Source of the DNA: an uncultured virus (IMG/VR IMGVR_UViG_3300036760_000988)
Taxonomy: Duplodnaviria > Heunggongvirae > Uroviricota > Caudoviricetes
Virus record (IMG/VR): IMGVR_UViG_3300036760_000988
DNA length: 64,000 bases
Strand: one strand, 5' to 3'
Position numbers and translations under genes: made by a program. Shown here piece by piece: positions 28,308-38,077 of the stretch. Each line of letters starts with the position of its first letter. Position 1 is the stretch's first letter. The notes under the pieces are model-generated. The model did no database searches. It was not told the DNA's origin and saw nothing but the letters and a program-made list of their open reading frames with translations.

Positions 28308-28715
28308 GTGAGCGACCCGACGAAGCCGCAGCCCCCTCCGAAGGCCCCCGCGCTACGACCCGTGCCGGTGCTCTGGGAACTCGTGATGCGGGACCTCCGC
28401 TACGCGTACTCGGGGAACGATCCCGCGCCCTTGCCGGAAGACGTGCGGCACGTGCTGGCCGACATGCGCAATCGCGACACGTTCGGCCGCGCGAAGTACG
28501 GCACCCCGCTCCAGCCATGGAACGGGCGGGAGGCGTTGATGGACGCCTACGAGGAGGTGCTCGACGGCGCTGTCTATTTGCGCCAGCACCTCATCGAGCA
28601 AGACCTCGTGGGTGGGTCGCTGCGGGATCTCTACTTCTCGATGCTGCACTGGCTGGTCGAGCTGCGGCAGCAGATCACCAAAGCGTCCCTCGCAGATCGT
28701 CGTGAGGTGCCCTAG
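28308..28715 (+). CDS. all-alpha NTP pyrophosphatase (MazG-like) phage protein
   Basis: G.AKYGTPL...NGR.AL.DAYEE.LD.AVY; the start may be 28251 instead. Confidence 0.55.
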   Translation: MSDPTKPQPPPKAPALRPVPVLWELVMRDLRYAYSGNDPAPLPEDVRHVLADMRNRDTFGRAKYGTPLQPWNGREALMDAYEEVLDGAVYLRQHLIEQDLVGGSLRDLYFSMLHWLVELRQQITKASLADRREVP

Positions 28716-29281
28716 TGGCGAACGGACGCATCGGCGACTGGCAGCAGACGTACACTGGCAAGCAGGTGTGGCCGCTCGATCTGCGCCCGGAGGAGATCTG
28801 CCTCGAAGACATCGCGCACTCGCTCGCGTTGCAGTGCCGCTACAACGGGCATATCAAGAGCTTTTTTTCGGTGGCGCAGCACAGCGTGCTCGTCGCGCAG
28901 GGGCTGCGCGATCAGGGGCATGACGTGGGGATCCAGTGCATCGGGCTCCTCCACGACGCGGCAGAGGCGTACCTGGGTGACATGATCCGCCCCCTCAAGC
29001 GCTCGGGCTTCATGCACGAGTTCCTGCAGGCCAAGCACCGCGCCGAGTTGGTGATCGGCGAGGTCTTCGGGCTGGTCCTGACCCCGATGCTCGCCGCTGT
29101 AAAGGACATGGACAACATCGTCCTCCTTACAGAGAAGCGCGATCTCCTGGCCCCGCCGCCGGTGCCATGGACCGAGCGTGGGTACGTGCCGCTCGCCGCC
29201 ACGATCTACCCGCTCATGCCGGCCTCCGCCGAGGCGGACTTCTGGGTGGAGGCGAAACGCCTCGGGATCAAGGGCGCGTAG
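28715..29281 (+). CDS. HD-domain 5'-deoxynucleotidase (YfdR-like)
   Basis: EDIAHSL...RYNGH...SVAQHS...LLHDAAEAYLGD..RPLK. Confidence 0.88.
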   Translation: MANGRIGDWQQTYTGKQVWPLDLRPEEICLEDIAHSLALQCRYNGHIKSFFSVAQHSVLVAQGLRDQGHDVGIQCIGLLHDAAEAYLGDMIRPLKRSGFMHEFLQAKHRAELVIGEVFGLVLTPMLAAVKDMDNIVLLTEKRDLLAPPPVPWTERGYVPLAATIYPLMPASAEADFWVEAKRLGIKGA

Positions 29282-30075
29282 TGTCGGGCTGGGTGTCCAC
29301 CGAGGCGATGATGGTCGCGGGCATCCTCGAACCCATCTACGATCGCCAGGGGCGGCTCATGCTCTATCGCATTCTAGACCGTGCGGCGTATCGTCGCTGG
29401 TTGCGCACCGCAACCGAGGAGCCCTAGATGCCCGACCACCAGATCACGCGGCGTCCCCTCACCCCGACCGCCGCCGAACTATTTGAAGCCCTCGAACGTG
29501 CGGTCAAGACCGCGCTCGTGAAGCTGAGCCTGCACCCGCACTACGCCGACGACGCCGCGCAGCTGCGGGCCGTCCTGGCGCGGGTGGAAGAAAACCGGGA
29601 CGTGGTGTTGGCGGCCTTGCCCCCGCCCGCGGTCGTGCCCAAGAAGCAGAAGACGCGAGCGAGTTGAATCGGGATGCCCCCCAACCCCACTGGCGGAGAA
29701 CGCCGCCGAGATCGCCGTGCGTGCACGGGTCCCCTCCTTCGGAGGGGTGGCAAGGTCGGGCCGGTGCGGGTTGGGGGCTACGTCCTTTGGAGGAGCAAAG
29801 ATGGACAAGCCGAGGGCCTTTCACGCGATGTGGACGTTGTGTCGTCGGACCGGCGAGGTGATCATCGATCACGCGCTGGCGAGCGGTCCGGTCAGTACGC
29901 GCGAGTTGGCGCAGCGCATTTGCGATGCGGAGCTGACGCGACGTACCACGGAGGAGGCGCGGTACGGGCACGTGCAGGTACATCACTTCACGGTGCTTGA
30001 ACGCCCGCTGGAGGCGTCGGCGTTCTGGGACGACTGCTACGATGACGCCTGGTTTGCGGCGCGGCGATCCGGACA

Positions 30076-30795
30076 ATGAGCGCGACGGGGCGCGGCGCGC
30101 AGCGCGTCGCCAACGACTTTTACCCGACGCCGGCATGGGCGCTGCGTCGGTTGCTAGACACGCACGTGTTCGACTTCCCCGATGCGTTGGGCGAGTGGTT
30201 GGAGCCTTGCGCGGGCAACGGGGCGCTCATCCAGGCGACCGAGGAACATTTCAACACGGTGCAGCACACGGCGCCGGGGTATCCGCACTGGACCGCGAAC
30301 GAGCTGCGCCCCGAGGCGCACCCCTACCTGCAGCAGACCCTCGCGGTCGCGCGCAGCTACATCGGCGACTTCCGCGCCTGCCCCCCGCCGGTTACTTGCG
30401 ATCACCCCCAGTATGGGCCGTATCAGGTCATTCTGACCAACCCGAGCTTCGCCCTCACAATGGAGATCATCGAGTGGGCGCTGCCCCGCACCCGCCACCT
30501 CGTGCTGCTCCAGCGCCTGAACTACTTGGAGACGCCCGCCCGCCAACCCTTCTTCACCGAGTACATGCCGGACGTGTACGTGCTCCCGAACCGCCCGAGC
30601 TTCAGCCTGAACAAGGAGGGGAAGCTCGGCACGGACGCGACCGCTTACGCCTGGTTCCACTGGCCGACCGACGAGATCCGCGACGGGCGCACCGGCAAGA
30701 TCCAGGTCTTGGGGCTTACGCCCGACGCCGAGCTACAGGAAGCCCGCGCCGTGCAGCGGGCCTGGTACCGCCAGTTGGGCCTGCTCAAAGAGTAG
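30076..30795 (+). CDS. amino-type DNA methyltransferase
   Basis: NDFYPTP, LEPCAGNG (SAM binding), TNPSF (motif IV variant) and YAWF.W. Confidence 0.7.
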   Translation: MSATGRGAQRVANDFYPTPAWALRRLLDTHVFDFPDALGEWLEPCAGNGALIQATEEHFNTVQHTAPGYPHWTANELRPEAHPYLQQTLAVARSYIGDFRACPPPVTCDHPQYGPYQVILTNPSFALTMEIIEWALPRTRHLVLLQRLNYLETPARQPFFTEYMPDVYVLPNRPSFSLNKEGKLGTDATAYAWFHWPTDEIRDGRTGKIQVLGLTPDAELQEARAVQRAWYRQLGLLKE

Positions 30796-30825
30796 TTGAC
30801 CTTTTCCCCACTCCTCTCCTAGACT
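30796..30825 (+). promoter_or_regulatory. putative promoter of the spike operon
   Basis: TTGACC-18-TAGACT. Confidence 0.5.
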
Positions 30826-30886
30826 TGCCCTCAGATCCCTCGCGTGTAGCTCTCCGGGCACGTGAGCAAAAGGCGAGGACTGCTCC

Positions 30887-31687
30887 ATGGCAAAGCAGAA
30901 GAAGGCGCGCGGCGCGGCGAAGAAATTTGCGAGCCGCAAGCGGAAGAACCCCGACAGCGGGAGCGCGTCGCTCGCCCGTTCTTCCAGCGAGCTATCCCGC
31001 ATCTTCATGGAGCAGGTGGCCCCTGGCGCGGTCGGCTTCCTCAGCGCCCGGATCGTGGGCAAGCTGGCCCGGGTGACCGTGGGGGCGAAGGTGGCCGGGG
31101 GCCGGTACCAGCGACACTTCGGGGCGCTGGGGGCCCTCCTGGCGCTCCTCGGGGCCTGGCAGCTCACCAAGCGCACCGCCCTGGGCAAGAAGTACCGTGA
31201 CCCGCTCCTCATCGGCGCGGGCGTCGCGGCTTTCACCACGCTCGTGCAGACCTACCTGCCGGGGCTCGCATCCTGGTTCGATGTCGCCCCCATGCTGACC
31301 GCCGCCCGCGCCCCCGCGGCGCTCGGGGCGGTGAACGGTCGCAACGGTGTGAATGGCCGACGCCGGAATAACAAGCCGCGGATCGTGGGCGTCGGCGAGC
31401 TGCAATACGAGGAACAGCAGCAGCGTTACGCGCAGCATGGCGTGTACGACGAAGACGAGCTGCCGGAGGAGGAGACGAGCCGGTCGAGCGATCCGATGGC
31501 GAGCGCCGGTTCACGGCGGGCCGCCGACAGTCGGTCGGCCGCGCAGTCGGTCGATGATGATCTCGACCAGCTCCCCGGACAGGACTACGGTGATGGCAAC
31601 CGGGAGGTCTTGCCGGCCGAGGTGGCGGAGACCCTCCAAGGCAACGAGCAGCTCTCGGACCTCTACGAAGGGGTCTTCTCCAACTAA
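30887..31687 (+). CDS. putative virion membrane protein
   Basis: Basic N-terminus ending in RKRKNP, hydrophobic helices and an acidic tail; similar layout to 63059-64000. Confidence 0.6.
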   Translation: MAKQKKARGAAKKFASRKRKNPDSGSASLARSSSELSRIFMEQVAPGAVGFLSARIVGKLARVTVGAKVAGGRYQRHFGALGALLALLGAWQLTKRTALGKKYRDPLLIGAGVAAFTTLVQTYLPGLASWFDVAPMLTAARAPAALGAVNGRNGVNGRRRNNKPRIVGVGELQYEEQQQRYAQHGVYDEDELPEEETSRSSDPMASAGSRRAADSRSAAQSVDDDLDQLPGQDYGDGNREVLPAEVAETLQGNEQLSDLYEGVFSN

Positions 31688-31711
31688 CCCCGAGCAACCA
31701 GGAGCACCTAG

Positions 31712-33802
31712 ATGTCAGCGCGTGATACGGCCACCGGGGTAGACGTGCGCCGCTTCGGCGCGCAGGGCGACGGGGTGAACGACGACTCGGCGGCGATCCA
31801 GGCCGCCCTCGATCAGCTGGCCCTCGCGGGGGGTGGGCGCGGGTCGGCGCTCTTGTTCCCGCCCGGCGTGTACTTGATCGCGAACGGCAAGACGGTGACC
31901 ATCCCCGTCAACATGCCCGACGGGCTCGTGATCCTCGGCACCGGCGATGACGTGGTGCTGCAGCTCGGCTCAGATCCCGCGGTGGCGAACCACACCTTCT
32001 TCGTGGTCCCTGACGGGGTGTCGGCCACGTTCCGTAACCTCCGCTTTGGCGGGCCGGTCGCGGGGCTGGGCTGGTTCCTTACCGCCGTCTACAAGGCGGG
32101 CACGACGGGACGCCTGTGTCTCTCCTCGGTCACCGCGGCGAACCCGGCGAACGCCCTGGTGCAGGTGGAGGTCGGTTGCCAGTTCCTGCTCGAAGCCACG
32201 GCGGAGGTCGGCGTCGATGTGGCGTTGCAGGCGACCACCCCGGCGATCCTCACCCATCAGGGCGAGGGGCTCTGGACCGGCAACAGCCAGCCGCGCCAGA
32301 TCAAGGGCGTGACGGATCCCTCGGCCGGCGCGGGCGTCGCGGCGCCCGAGGGCTCGACCTACCAGCAGTTCGTGGTCGGCGCGGGGCAGCTCTGGGTGAA
32401 GACCGGCGCGGCGGCGACCGCGTGGACGCCGGGCGGCGGCGTCGGGGGCCTCGCGGCGAACGTGCGCCTGCCCACACCCGTCGCGGTGCCCGGCACGCGC
32501 GTGATCCTCTACGCGCGGCTCACCGGCAACGACACAACGGGTGATGGCTCCCTCGCGAACCCCTACCGGACCTTCTTCCGGGCGCTGGCGGACGTGCCGG
32601 TGTTCCTGTCCGGCGTGCGCTACGTGATCGACATCTCCGGGCTCGGCAACACGGTGGTGCCCGCCGACGGCTACGCCCTGCCGCCGTTCATCAGCTCTGA
32701 CAACTTCGTGTACAACTTCGCGGCGGAGTACCCGCTCTACTTCGTCGAGTTCCCGCTCAACATCAACGCCACGCCGACGACGCTGGCGACGATCACCGCC
32801 GGGCAGATCGTCTCGCAGATCCCTGATCCGGAGACGGGGATGCCGACGCTCAAGACGACGGGGGGTTTCGTCCCCAACGCCTACAAGGGCAAGCAGATCG
32901 TCGGCGCGGGGTTCTTCGAGGTGGGCGTCATCGCCAGCAACACCGCCACCGACTTCGAGATCTGCACCAGCGGGACGTTCACCGCCCCGATCACCATCGT
33001 CGAGCCCTCCGCGTCGTTCTCCGGGGGCACGCCCGGCTCCTATCAAGGGATGTTCAAGGTCAACATCGATTGTCCGCTGTCGATCAACGGGATTCATTTT
33101 TCGACGCCGGGCGGTCTTGGCGATGTGGGGTTTGAATTCGACGGACATGCTCGGCTCGAAGGCTTCCTCAATCGCATAACGGGTGCGGATTGGAGCGGCG
33201 GCCCCGAAGCCTTTTTTCAGACCTTCGGGATGGTGTTCGACGGCGAGGAGTGGGTTGCGTCGGGCAGCGCCGGACAGACGTGGTACTCCTACTTCGAGGG
33301 GGTCACCGACTACCGCGTCTACGGCGACGGCGCGGGGGCCGGGATGTACCACAGCCAATGCATCTTCCATCAGTGCCAGTCCATCGGCCCGCAGGGCAAC
33401 GACGGACACACGGGCGGCGGCAGCTGGGGGCTCTCCTTCAGCAAGGTGCGCCAGTCCCTCAGCATCGGGGTGCTCGTCCAGATCGCCAGTGGCAAGCACC
33501 GCATCTGGTCGAGCATCATCGAGAACTGCGCGGGCGACGGCATCTCCATCATCGGCCAGGCCTACGTCACCTTCATCGGCGGTAGCGGCGTCGGCAACGG
33601 CGGCGTCGGGATCCGCGCCATCGACGGGGCGCAGGTGCTGATCGACGCGAGCACCAGTGTCACGGGCGCAGGCGGGGACATGAAGATCGGCGGGTTGCCG
33701 GTGCGGACTTACGTCAACTTCCGCACCATCGCCCCGATCAAGAATGAAGCGGATTTCTTCGTGCCGGCGACGAGCGATGGCTCGCGCCTACATCAGCCGT
33801 AG
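31712..33802 (+). CDS. pectate-lyase-fold/beta-helix spike (receptor-binding) protein
   Basis: DVRRFGAQGDGVNDDSAAIQAA...FPPGVY; GNDTTGDGSLANPYRT; C-terminal beta-helix repeats. Confidence 0.75.
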   Translation: MSARDTATGVDVRRFGAQGDGVNDDSAAIQAALDQLALAGGGRGSALLFPPGVYLIANGKTVTIPVNMPDGLVILGTGDDVVLQLGSDPAVANHTFFVVPDGVSATFRNLRFGGPVAGLGWFLTAVYKAGTTGRLCLSSVTAANPANALVQVEVGCQFLLEATAEVGVDVALQATTPAILTHQGEGLWTGNSQPRQIKGVTDPSAGAGVAAPEGSTYQQFVVGAGQLWVKTGAAATAWTPGGGVGGLAANVRLPTPVAVPGTRVILYARLTGNDTTGDGSLANPYRTFFRALADVPVFLSGVRYVIDISGLGNTVVPADGYALPPFISSDNFVYNFAAEYPLYFVEFPLNINATPTTLATITAGQIVSQIPDPETGMPTLKTTGGFVPNAYKGKQIVGAGFFEVGVIASNTATDFEICTSGTFTAPITIVEPSASFSGGTPGSYQGMFKVNIDCPLSINGIHFSTPGGLGDVGFEFDGHARLEGFLNRITGADWSGGPEAFFQTFGMVFDGEEWVASGSAGQTWYSYFEGVTDYRVYGDGAGAGMYHSQCIFHQCQSIGPQGNDGHTGGGSWGLSFSKVRQSLSIGVLVQIASGKHRIWSSIIENCAGDGISIIGQAYVTFIGGSGVGNGGVGIRAIDGAQVLIDASTSVTGAGGDMKIGGLPVRTYVNFRTIAPIKNEADFFVPATSDGSRLHQP

Positions 33803-34091
33803 GAGAACGTCATGGCGTGCGTCGAGAACTTGGCAGCAGGCGTGGTGCGAGAGATCACCCAGGCGCTCGTCGCCGATGGGGTGGCGCCCGCTGACGCGGA
33901 CCCCCGCGCTCGCGCGGCGTGCGACGCGGGCTGCGACTATCTCAACGCGCAGTTTGTGCTCGCGCGCACGGCGCGGCGCGCGGCGCAGCCCCCGGTGCAA
34001 GAGCCGGTCTTGTCCATGGAGGCGTACCGGCAGGCGTTCGACGATCTCCGTGCCTGGGCGTTGGTGCACGCCTGATTGCGCGGCGCAAGGA

Positions 34092-34769
34092 CTAGTCGTC
34101 GTCGAGGTCGTCGTCGAACTCCCCGTGCCCCGGCAGCTGCCGGCCGGTCCCGAAGCGGTCCGCGGCCTCGCCACGCCCGAGCCGGAAGGCGCCACCGGGC
34201 TTGTCGGGCAGCTCGCGTAGCACGCCCGCCATGGGGTGGGGCTTCTCCAGGTCGGGGACGCCGAAGTGCGCGCATGCCTGCTTGTACGCGTCCACGGTGG
34301 TGTTCCCCTCCTTGATGAGCGCGATGAAGTACGTCTTGAAGGTCTCGCAGCCCGCGGGAAGCGTGGGGTTCACGCTCGGCGCCGTGAAGTAGCTCTCCTT
34401 CGGGGGGAAGTTGAACTGCAGGGGGGTCGGGTCGATGCCGCGGTTGAGCTTGGCGAGCACCTCGGCGGCGTCCGGCGACATCCCCGCGGCCCGGCGCAGG
34501 TTGTAGTCCTGCAGCACCGGCCCGAACGCCTCGGCCTGCATCGCGTTCACCAGCTTGTCGATCGGGGCGCCGGAGGGCTGTCCCTGCGTGAAGGGGTTGT
34601 CGCTGAGATCGTCCTCCATCTGGACGTTCACATAGTCGTCGTCCTCCCCGTCGCCCACCTTCAGGTTCGGGAAGGCGCGCATGATCTCGCGCCGCGCCTC
34701 CTGCCGGGCGATCTGCCGCACCTCGGGCTCGGTCAGGTAGATTGGATTGGTTCCGCGCTCATCCGGCAT
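34092..34769 (-). CDS. hypothetical protein
   Basis: GGAG RBS; typical codon usage. Confidence 0.65.
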   Translation of the reverse strand: MPDERGTNPIYLTEPEVRQIARQEARREIMRAFPNLKVGDGEDDDYVNVQMEDDLSDNPFTQGQPSGAPIDKLVNAMQAEAFGPVLQDYNLRRAAGMSPDAAEVLAKLNRGIDPTPLQFNFPPKESYFTAPSVNPTLPAGCETFKTYFIALIKEGNTTVDAYKQACAHFGVPDLEKPHPMAGVLRELPDKPGGAFRLGRGEAADRFGTGRQLPGHGEFDDDLDDD

Positions 34770-35039
34770 GCTCCACCCCTCCCGGTTCCGGTTCGTTCGG
34801 ATCGAAGGTGATGCTGATCTTCAGGTGCCCTCGTCGATTCATCAAGGACTCCAATGTGGCGACGAAATCAACCTGACACGCGCGCCGCTCGACCCCTGCG
34901 GGGGTCGCCGCCGCCAGGTGCTCCGCGTCGGAGGCACAGTCGTCGATGACCAGGCGCCCCGCGGAGGTCTGACGCAGGATGCCATAGAGACTGCGCGAGT
35001 AGAAAATCGTGCCGTTCTCGGCGTGCAGGGTGGGCATCG

Positions 35040-35360
35040 CTACACGATCGCGGCGCGGGCGGCCCGCAGGATCTCGTCCACGAGCACAGGCTTGGCCGAC
35101 TGCAACTCGTTGGTCGCTGCGGCCAGCGCGTTCGAGAGATCCTCGTAGTCCTTGGTGCGCTGCATGACCAGGACGTGCGCGGGCCCCATCGCCTCCCAGG
35201 GGGACATGGCGCGGATCGCGCCGGCCTTCTTGTTGGCGTAGTCCTCCAGGCAGCGGTTCTTCGCCTCCTCCATGGCCTTCAGCGACTTCGTGAGCGCGTC
35301 CACGCGCTTCTCCAGCGCGAGGAAGGTCTTCAGCTTGGTGTCGTCGATCGGCAGGTTCAT
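35040..35360 (-). CDS. hypothetical coiled-coil protein
   Basis: AGGAGG RBS. Confidence 0.65.
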   Translation of the reverse strand: MNLPIDDTKLKTFLALEKRVDALTKSLKAMEEAKNRCLEDYANKKAGAIRAMSPWEAMGPAHVLVMQRTKDYEDLSNALAAATNELQSAKPVLVDEILRAARAAIV

Positions 35361-35467
35361 GGGCGTGTCCTCCTAGTGGAAGGCCAATGTACATGAGACA
35401 ACTCGTGGTTACCAGGAAAAAATCTTGTGCCTCGCAATTTGCGGGCATCGCGTGCTACCTTACCCCT

Positions 35468-35824
35468 GTGGTGCTGAGCGGACGAACCTTCGAGATCGAG
35501 GTGTTGCATTGGCTCCCCAAGGTCGCCGCCGATCACCCCTGTGCTGCGGAGCACGCGCACCCGTTCCGGGTGGAGATCTGCTGTGCGGATTACCCCGCGG
35601 AGAAGTTCGGCGCGGTGTGGTTGCCCCTGTACGCGACCCTGGATCGTCGACTACTCAACGAGATCGTGAAGCTGGAGGACCCGACGCCTGAGAGCCTGGC
35701 GCGGTTCCTGTTCGACGGGCTGCTGGCACAAGGCATGCCGGTGCAAACGGTGCGGGTCTACGACACGTTCGTCTACGAGACGCTCGCGGGTCCGGTCTCG
35801 AATGCTTGGTGTGAGGTGAGCTAG
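35468..35824 (+). CDS. queD: divergent QueD/PTPS-family protein
   Basis: LHWLPKV..DHPC...HAHPFRVEI...LD...LNEI..LEDPTPESLARF; start codon uncertain. Confidence 0.65.
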   Translation: MVLSGRTFEIEVLHWLPKVAADHPCAAEHAHPFRVEICCADYPAEKFGAVWLPLYATLDRRLLNEIVKLEDPTPESLARFLFDGLLAQGMPVQTVRVYDTFVYETLAGPVSNAWCEVS

Positions 35825-38040
35825 TGGGCCGCGTCGAGACCGTCAGCCGCATCGATGTGCGCGCGTTCGGCGCGGTGGGGGATGGGGTCAACAACTGCGG
35901 GCGCGCGATCCAGGCGGCCTGCGATCACGTGGCCGCGAGCGCCGCGGATCGTGGGGCCTCGGTCTTCTTCCCCCCCGGGGTCTACGTCATCGAGAACGGG
36001 TTCGAGGTCGTGGTGCCGACCGGGCTCACACTCGAAGGCACCGGCGACGATGCGGTGCTGCAGATCGGCACGGCGGCCCCAATCCTCCCGCACACCGCGT
36101 TCCGCGTGCAGGACGGGAAGTCGATCACCTTCGTGAACCTGCGCTTCCGCGGGCCGGTCGTCGCCTTCGCAACCATCTTGGCGGTCGAGAAGGAGGGGCC
36201 CACCGGCACCTTGTCCTTCTCCCACGTCACCGCCGAGAACCCGACCAACGCGGCGGCCTTGGTCGCGGTGGGCTGTCGCTTCGCGCTCCTCGACTGCGCG
36301 GAGATCGGTGTGGATCTCGCGCCGCAGGCGACGATTCCCGCCACCCTGGCTCATGCCGGGGACGGGCTCTGGACGGGGAACGAACAGCCCCGCCAGATCA
36401 AGGGCACGGTGAACCCGTCGGTGGGTGCGGGGGTCGCGGCGCCCGAGGGCGCCATCTACCAGCAGTACGTCGCGGGCGCAGGCGAGCTGTGGGTCAAGAC
36501 CGGCGCGGCGGACACCGCGTGGACCGCGGCCAGCGGCGGGGGCGGCGGCGTCGCCTCGGTGACCGCGGGCGCGGGGCTCGTCAACAGTGGGACCGCGCTC
36601 AATCCCATCCTCGATGTCGTCGCCAATGCGGACGGGTCGATCACCGTCAACCCAAACGATGTCCAGGTGGGTGTGCTCGCCACCGACGTACAGCACGGCG
36701 TCCGCGGCGGGGGCACGCAGCACGCGGTCGCGATCCCCCTCGGGCTTGCCGGTTTCCTCTCTGGCGTGGACAAGGCCAAGCTCGATACGATCGCCCCGGG
36801 CGCGGCGGTCGCGTCGGTCACCGCCGGTGCAGGGCTCGTCAACAGCGGCACGGCGACGAACCCGATCCTCGATGTCGTCGCCAACGCGGACGGGTCGATC
36901 ACCGTCGCGGCGGATGATGTCAAGGTCGGCGTGCTCGCCACCGACGTACAGCATGGCGTCCGCGGCGGCGGCACGCAGCACGCGGTGGCGACCGTCGCCG
37001 TCAACGGCTTCATGTCCGCGGCGGACAAGACCAAGCTCGATGGCATCGCCCCGGGCGCGAACACGCTGCAGTCCGCGATCTTCACTGCCAACGGGAACTG
37101 GGTCGCACCGGCCGGGGTTACCAAGGTCTGGTTGGCGGGACGCCCCGGCAGTGGTGGTGGTGGCGGCGGCGGTGGCGGCGGGGGCTTCACCGGCGCGACG
37201 GGCGGTGGCGGCGCAGGTGGGCGCGGCGGCGGCGCGGGGGGCGCGGCGGCGGTCGTCGAGACGGCCGAAGTTGATGTTGTCCCCGCCACGAACTATGCGA
37301 TCACCATCGGCGCTGCCGGTGCGGGCGGCGCAGGGGGCGCGGGCGGCGCGGCGGGGGTCAACGGCAACAGCGGCGCCGCGGGCACCAACGGTGCCAAGAC
37401 CTTGTTCGATACACTCGTGGCCTTCGGCCGCCTCGATCCCGCCATCGGCGCCTCTGGTGGCACGCCGGGCGGTGGGGGACTCCCCGGCACGGCCATCGCT
37501 GGAGGTGCCAGCGGCGGCGGTGGCACGGCAGGCTCCAGCTATGGGCTCGACGCCCTCACTGGTGCCACCAGCGGCGTGGGGGGCAGCGGCGGCGGTCCCA
37601 CCGGCACCGCAGGCAACCCGGGCAGCGCGAGCACGGCCTTGGCCTCGCCGCTCTGGGGCGCTCGGGTGCCCGCGGCCGGAGGTACGGCCGGCGGCGCGGG
37701 CGGTGCAGGTAGCGGCGGAGTCTCGGGGGGTGGCGGCGGTGGCAGCGCCGGAGGCTCCTCTGGTGGCACGGGAACGGAATATCCCGTAGACGGGCAGCCC
37801 ACGCCTTCTGGCGGCGCCCCCGGCAGCGGGGGCGTCGGCGGCGCCGCGAACTCCGCTGGGGCGGGCGCAAATGGCGGCCTGGGAGCGGTCGGCAGCGCGG
37901 GCTTGAACGGACGCGGTGGTGGGCCCGGCGGTGGCGGGGGTGGCGGCGGCAGCGGCCTCACCCTCGGGGGATCGGGGAGCATCGGCGCAGCGGGCGGCGC
38001 GGGGTCGGCGGGCCTCTTGATCGTGTACTGGTACGGGTAG
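35824..38040 (+). CDS. second spike/fibre protein with tandem repeats and Gly-rich C-terminus
   Basis: N-terminal ~240 aa are paralogous to 31712; two ~85-aa repeats (HGVRGGGTQH, DK.KLD.IAPGA); Gly-rich tail. Confidence 0.75.
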   Translation: MGRVETVSRIDVRAFGAVGDGVNNCGRAIQAACDHVAASAADRGASVFFPPGVYVIENGFEVVVPTGLTLEGTGDDAVLQIGTAAPILPHTAFRVQDGKSITFVNLRFRGPVVAFATILAVEKEGPTGTLSFSHVTAENPTNAAALVAVGCRFALLDCAEIGVDLAPQATIPATLAHAGDGLWTGNEQPRQIKGTVNPSVGAGVAAPEGAIYQQYVAGAGELWVKTGAADTAWTAASGGGGGVASVTAGAGLVNSGTALNPILDVVANADGSITVNPNDVQVGVLATDVQHGVRGGGTQHAVAIPLGLAGFLSGVDKAKLDTIAPGAAVASVTAGAGLVNSGTATNPILDVVANADGSITVAADDVKVGVLATDVQHGVRGGGTQHAVATVAVNGFMSAADKTKLDGIAPGANTLQSAIFTANGNWVAPAGVTKVWLAGRPGSGGGGGGGGGGGFTGATGGGGAGGRGGGAGGAAAVVETAEVDVVPATNYAITIGAAGAGGAGGAGGAAGVNGNSGAAGTNGAKTLFDTLVAFGRLDPAIGASGGTPGGGGLPGTAIAGGASGGGGTAGSSYGLDALTGATSGVGGSGGGPTGTAGNPGSASTALASPLWGARVPAAGGTAGGAGGAGSGGVSGGGGGGSAGGSSGGTGTEYPVDGQPTPSGGAPGSGGVGGAANSAGAGANGGLGAVGSAGLNGRGGGPGGGGGGGGSGLTLGGSGSIGAAGGAGSAGLLIVYWYG

Positions 38041-38077
38041 GTTGCGCAGCGCAACCGGCTTGCGGTAAGCTCCCTCC

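Noticed and set aside
28240..28313. 17-bp direct repeat GGGACCGCGCTGTGAGC (28240 and 28297)
   Set aside because: Only two copies at a gene junction. Best explained as a small local duplication giving two possible starts, not an array.
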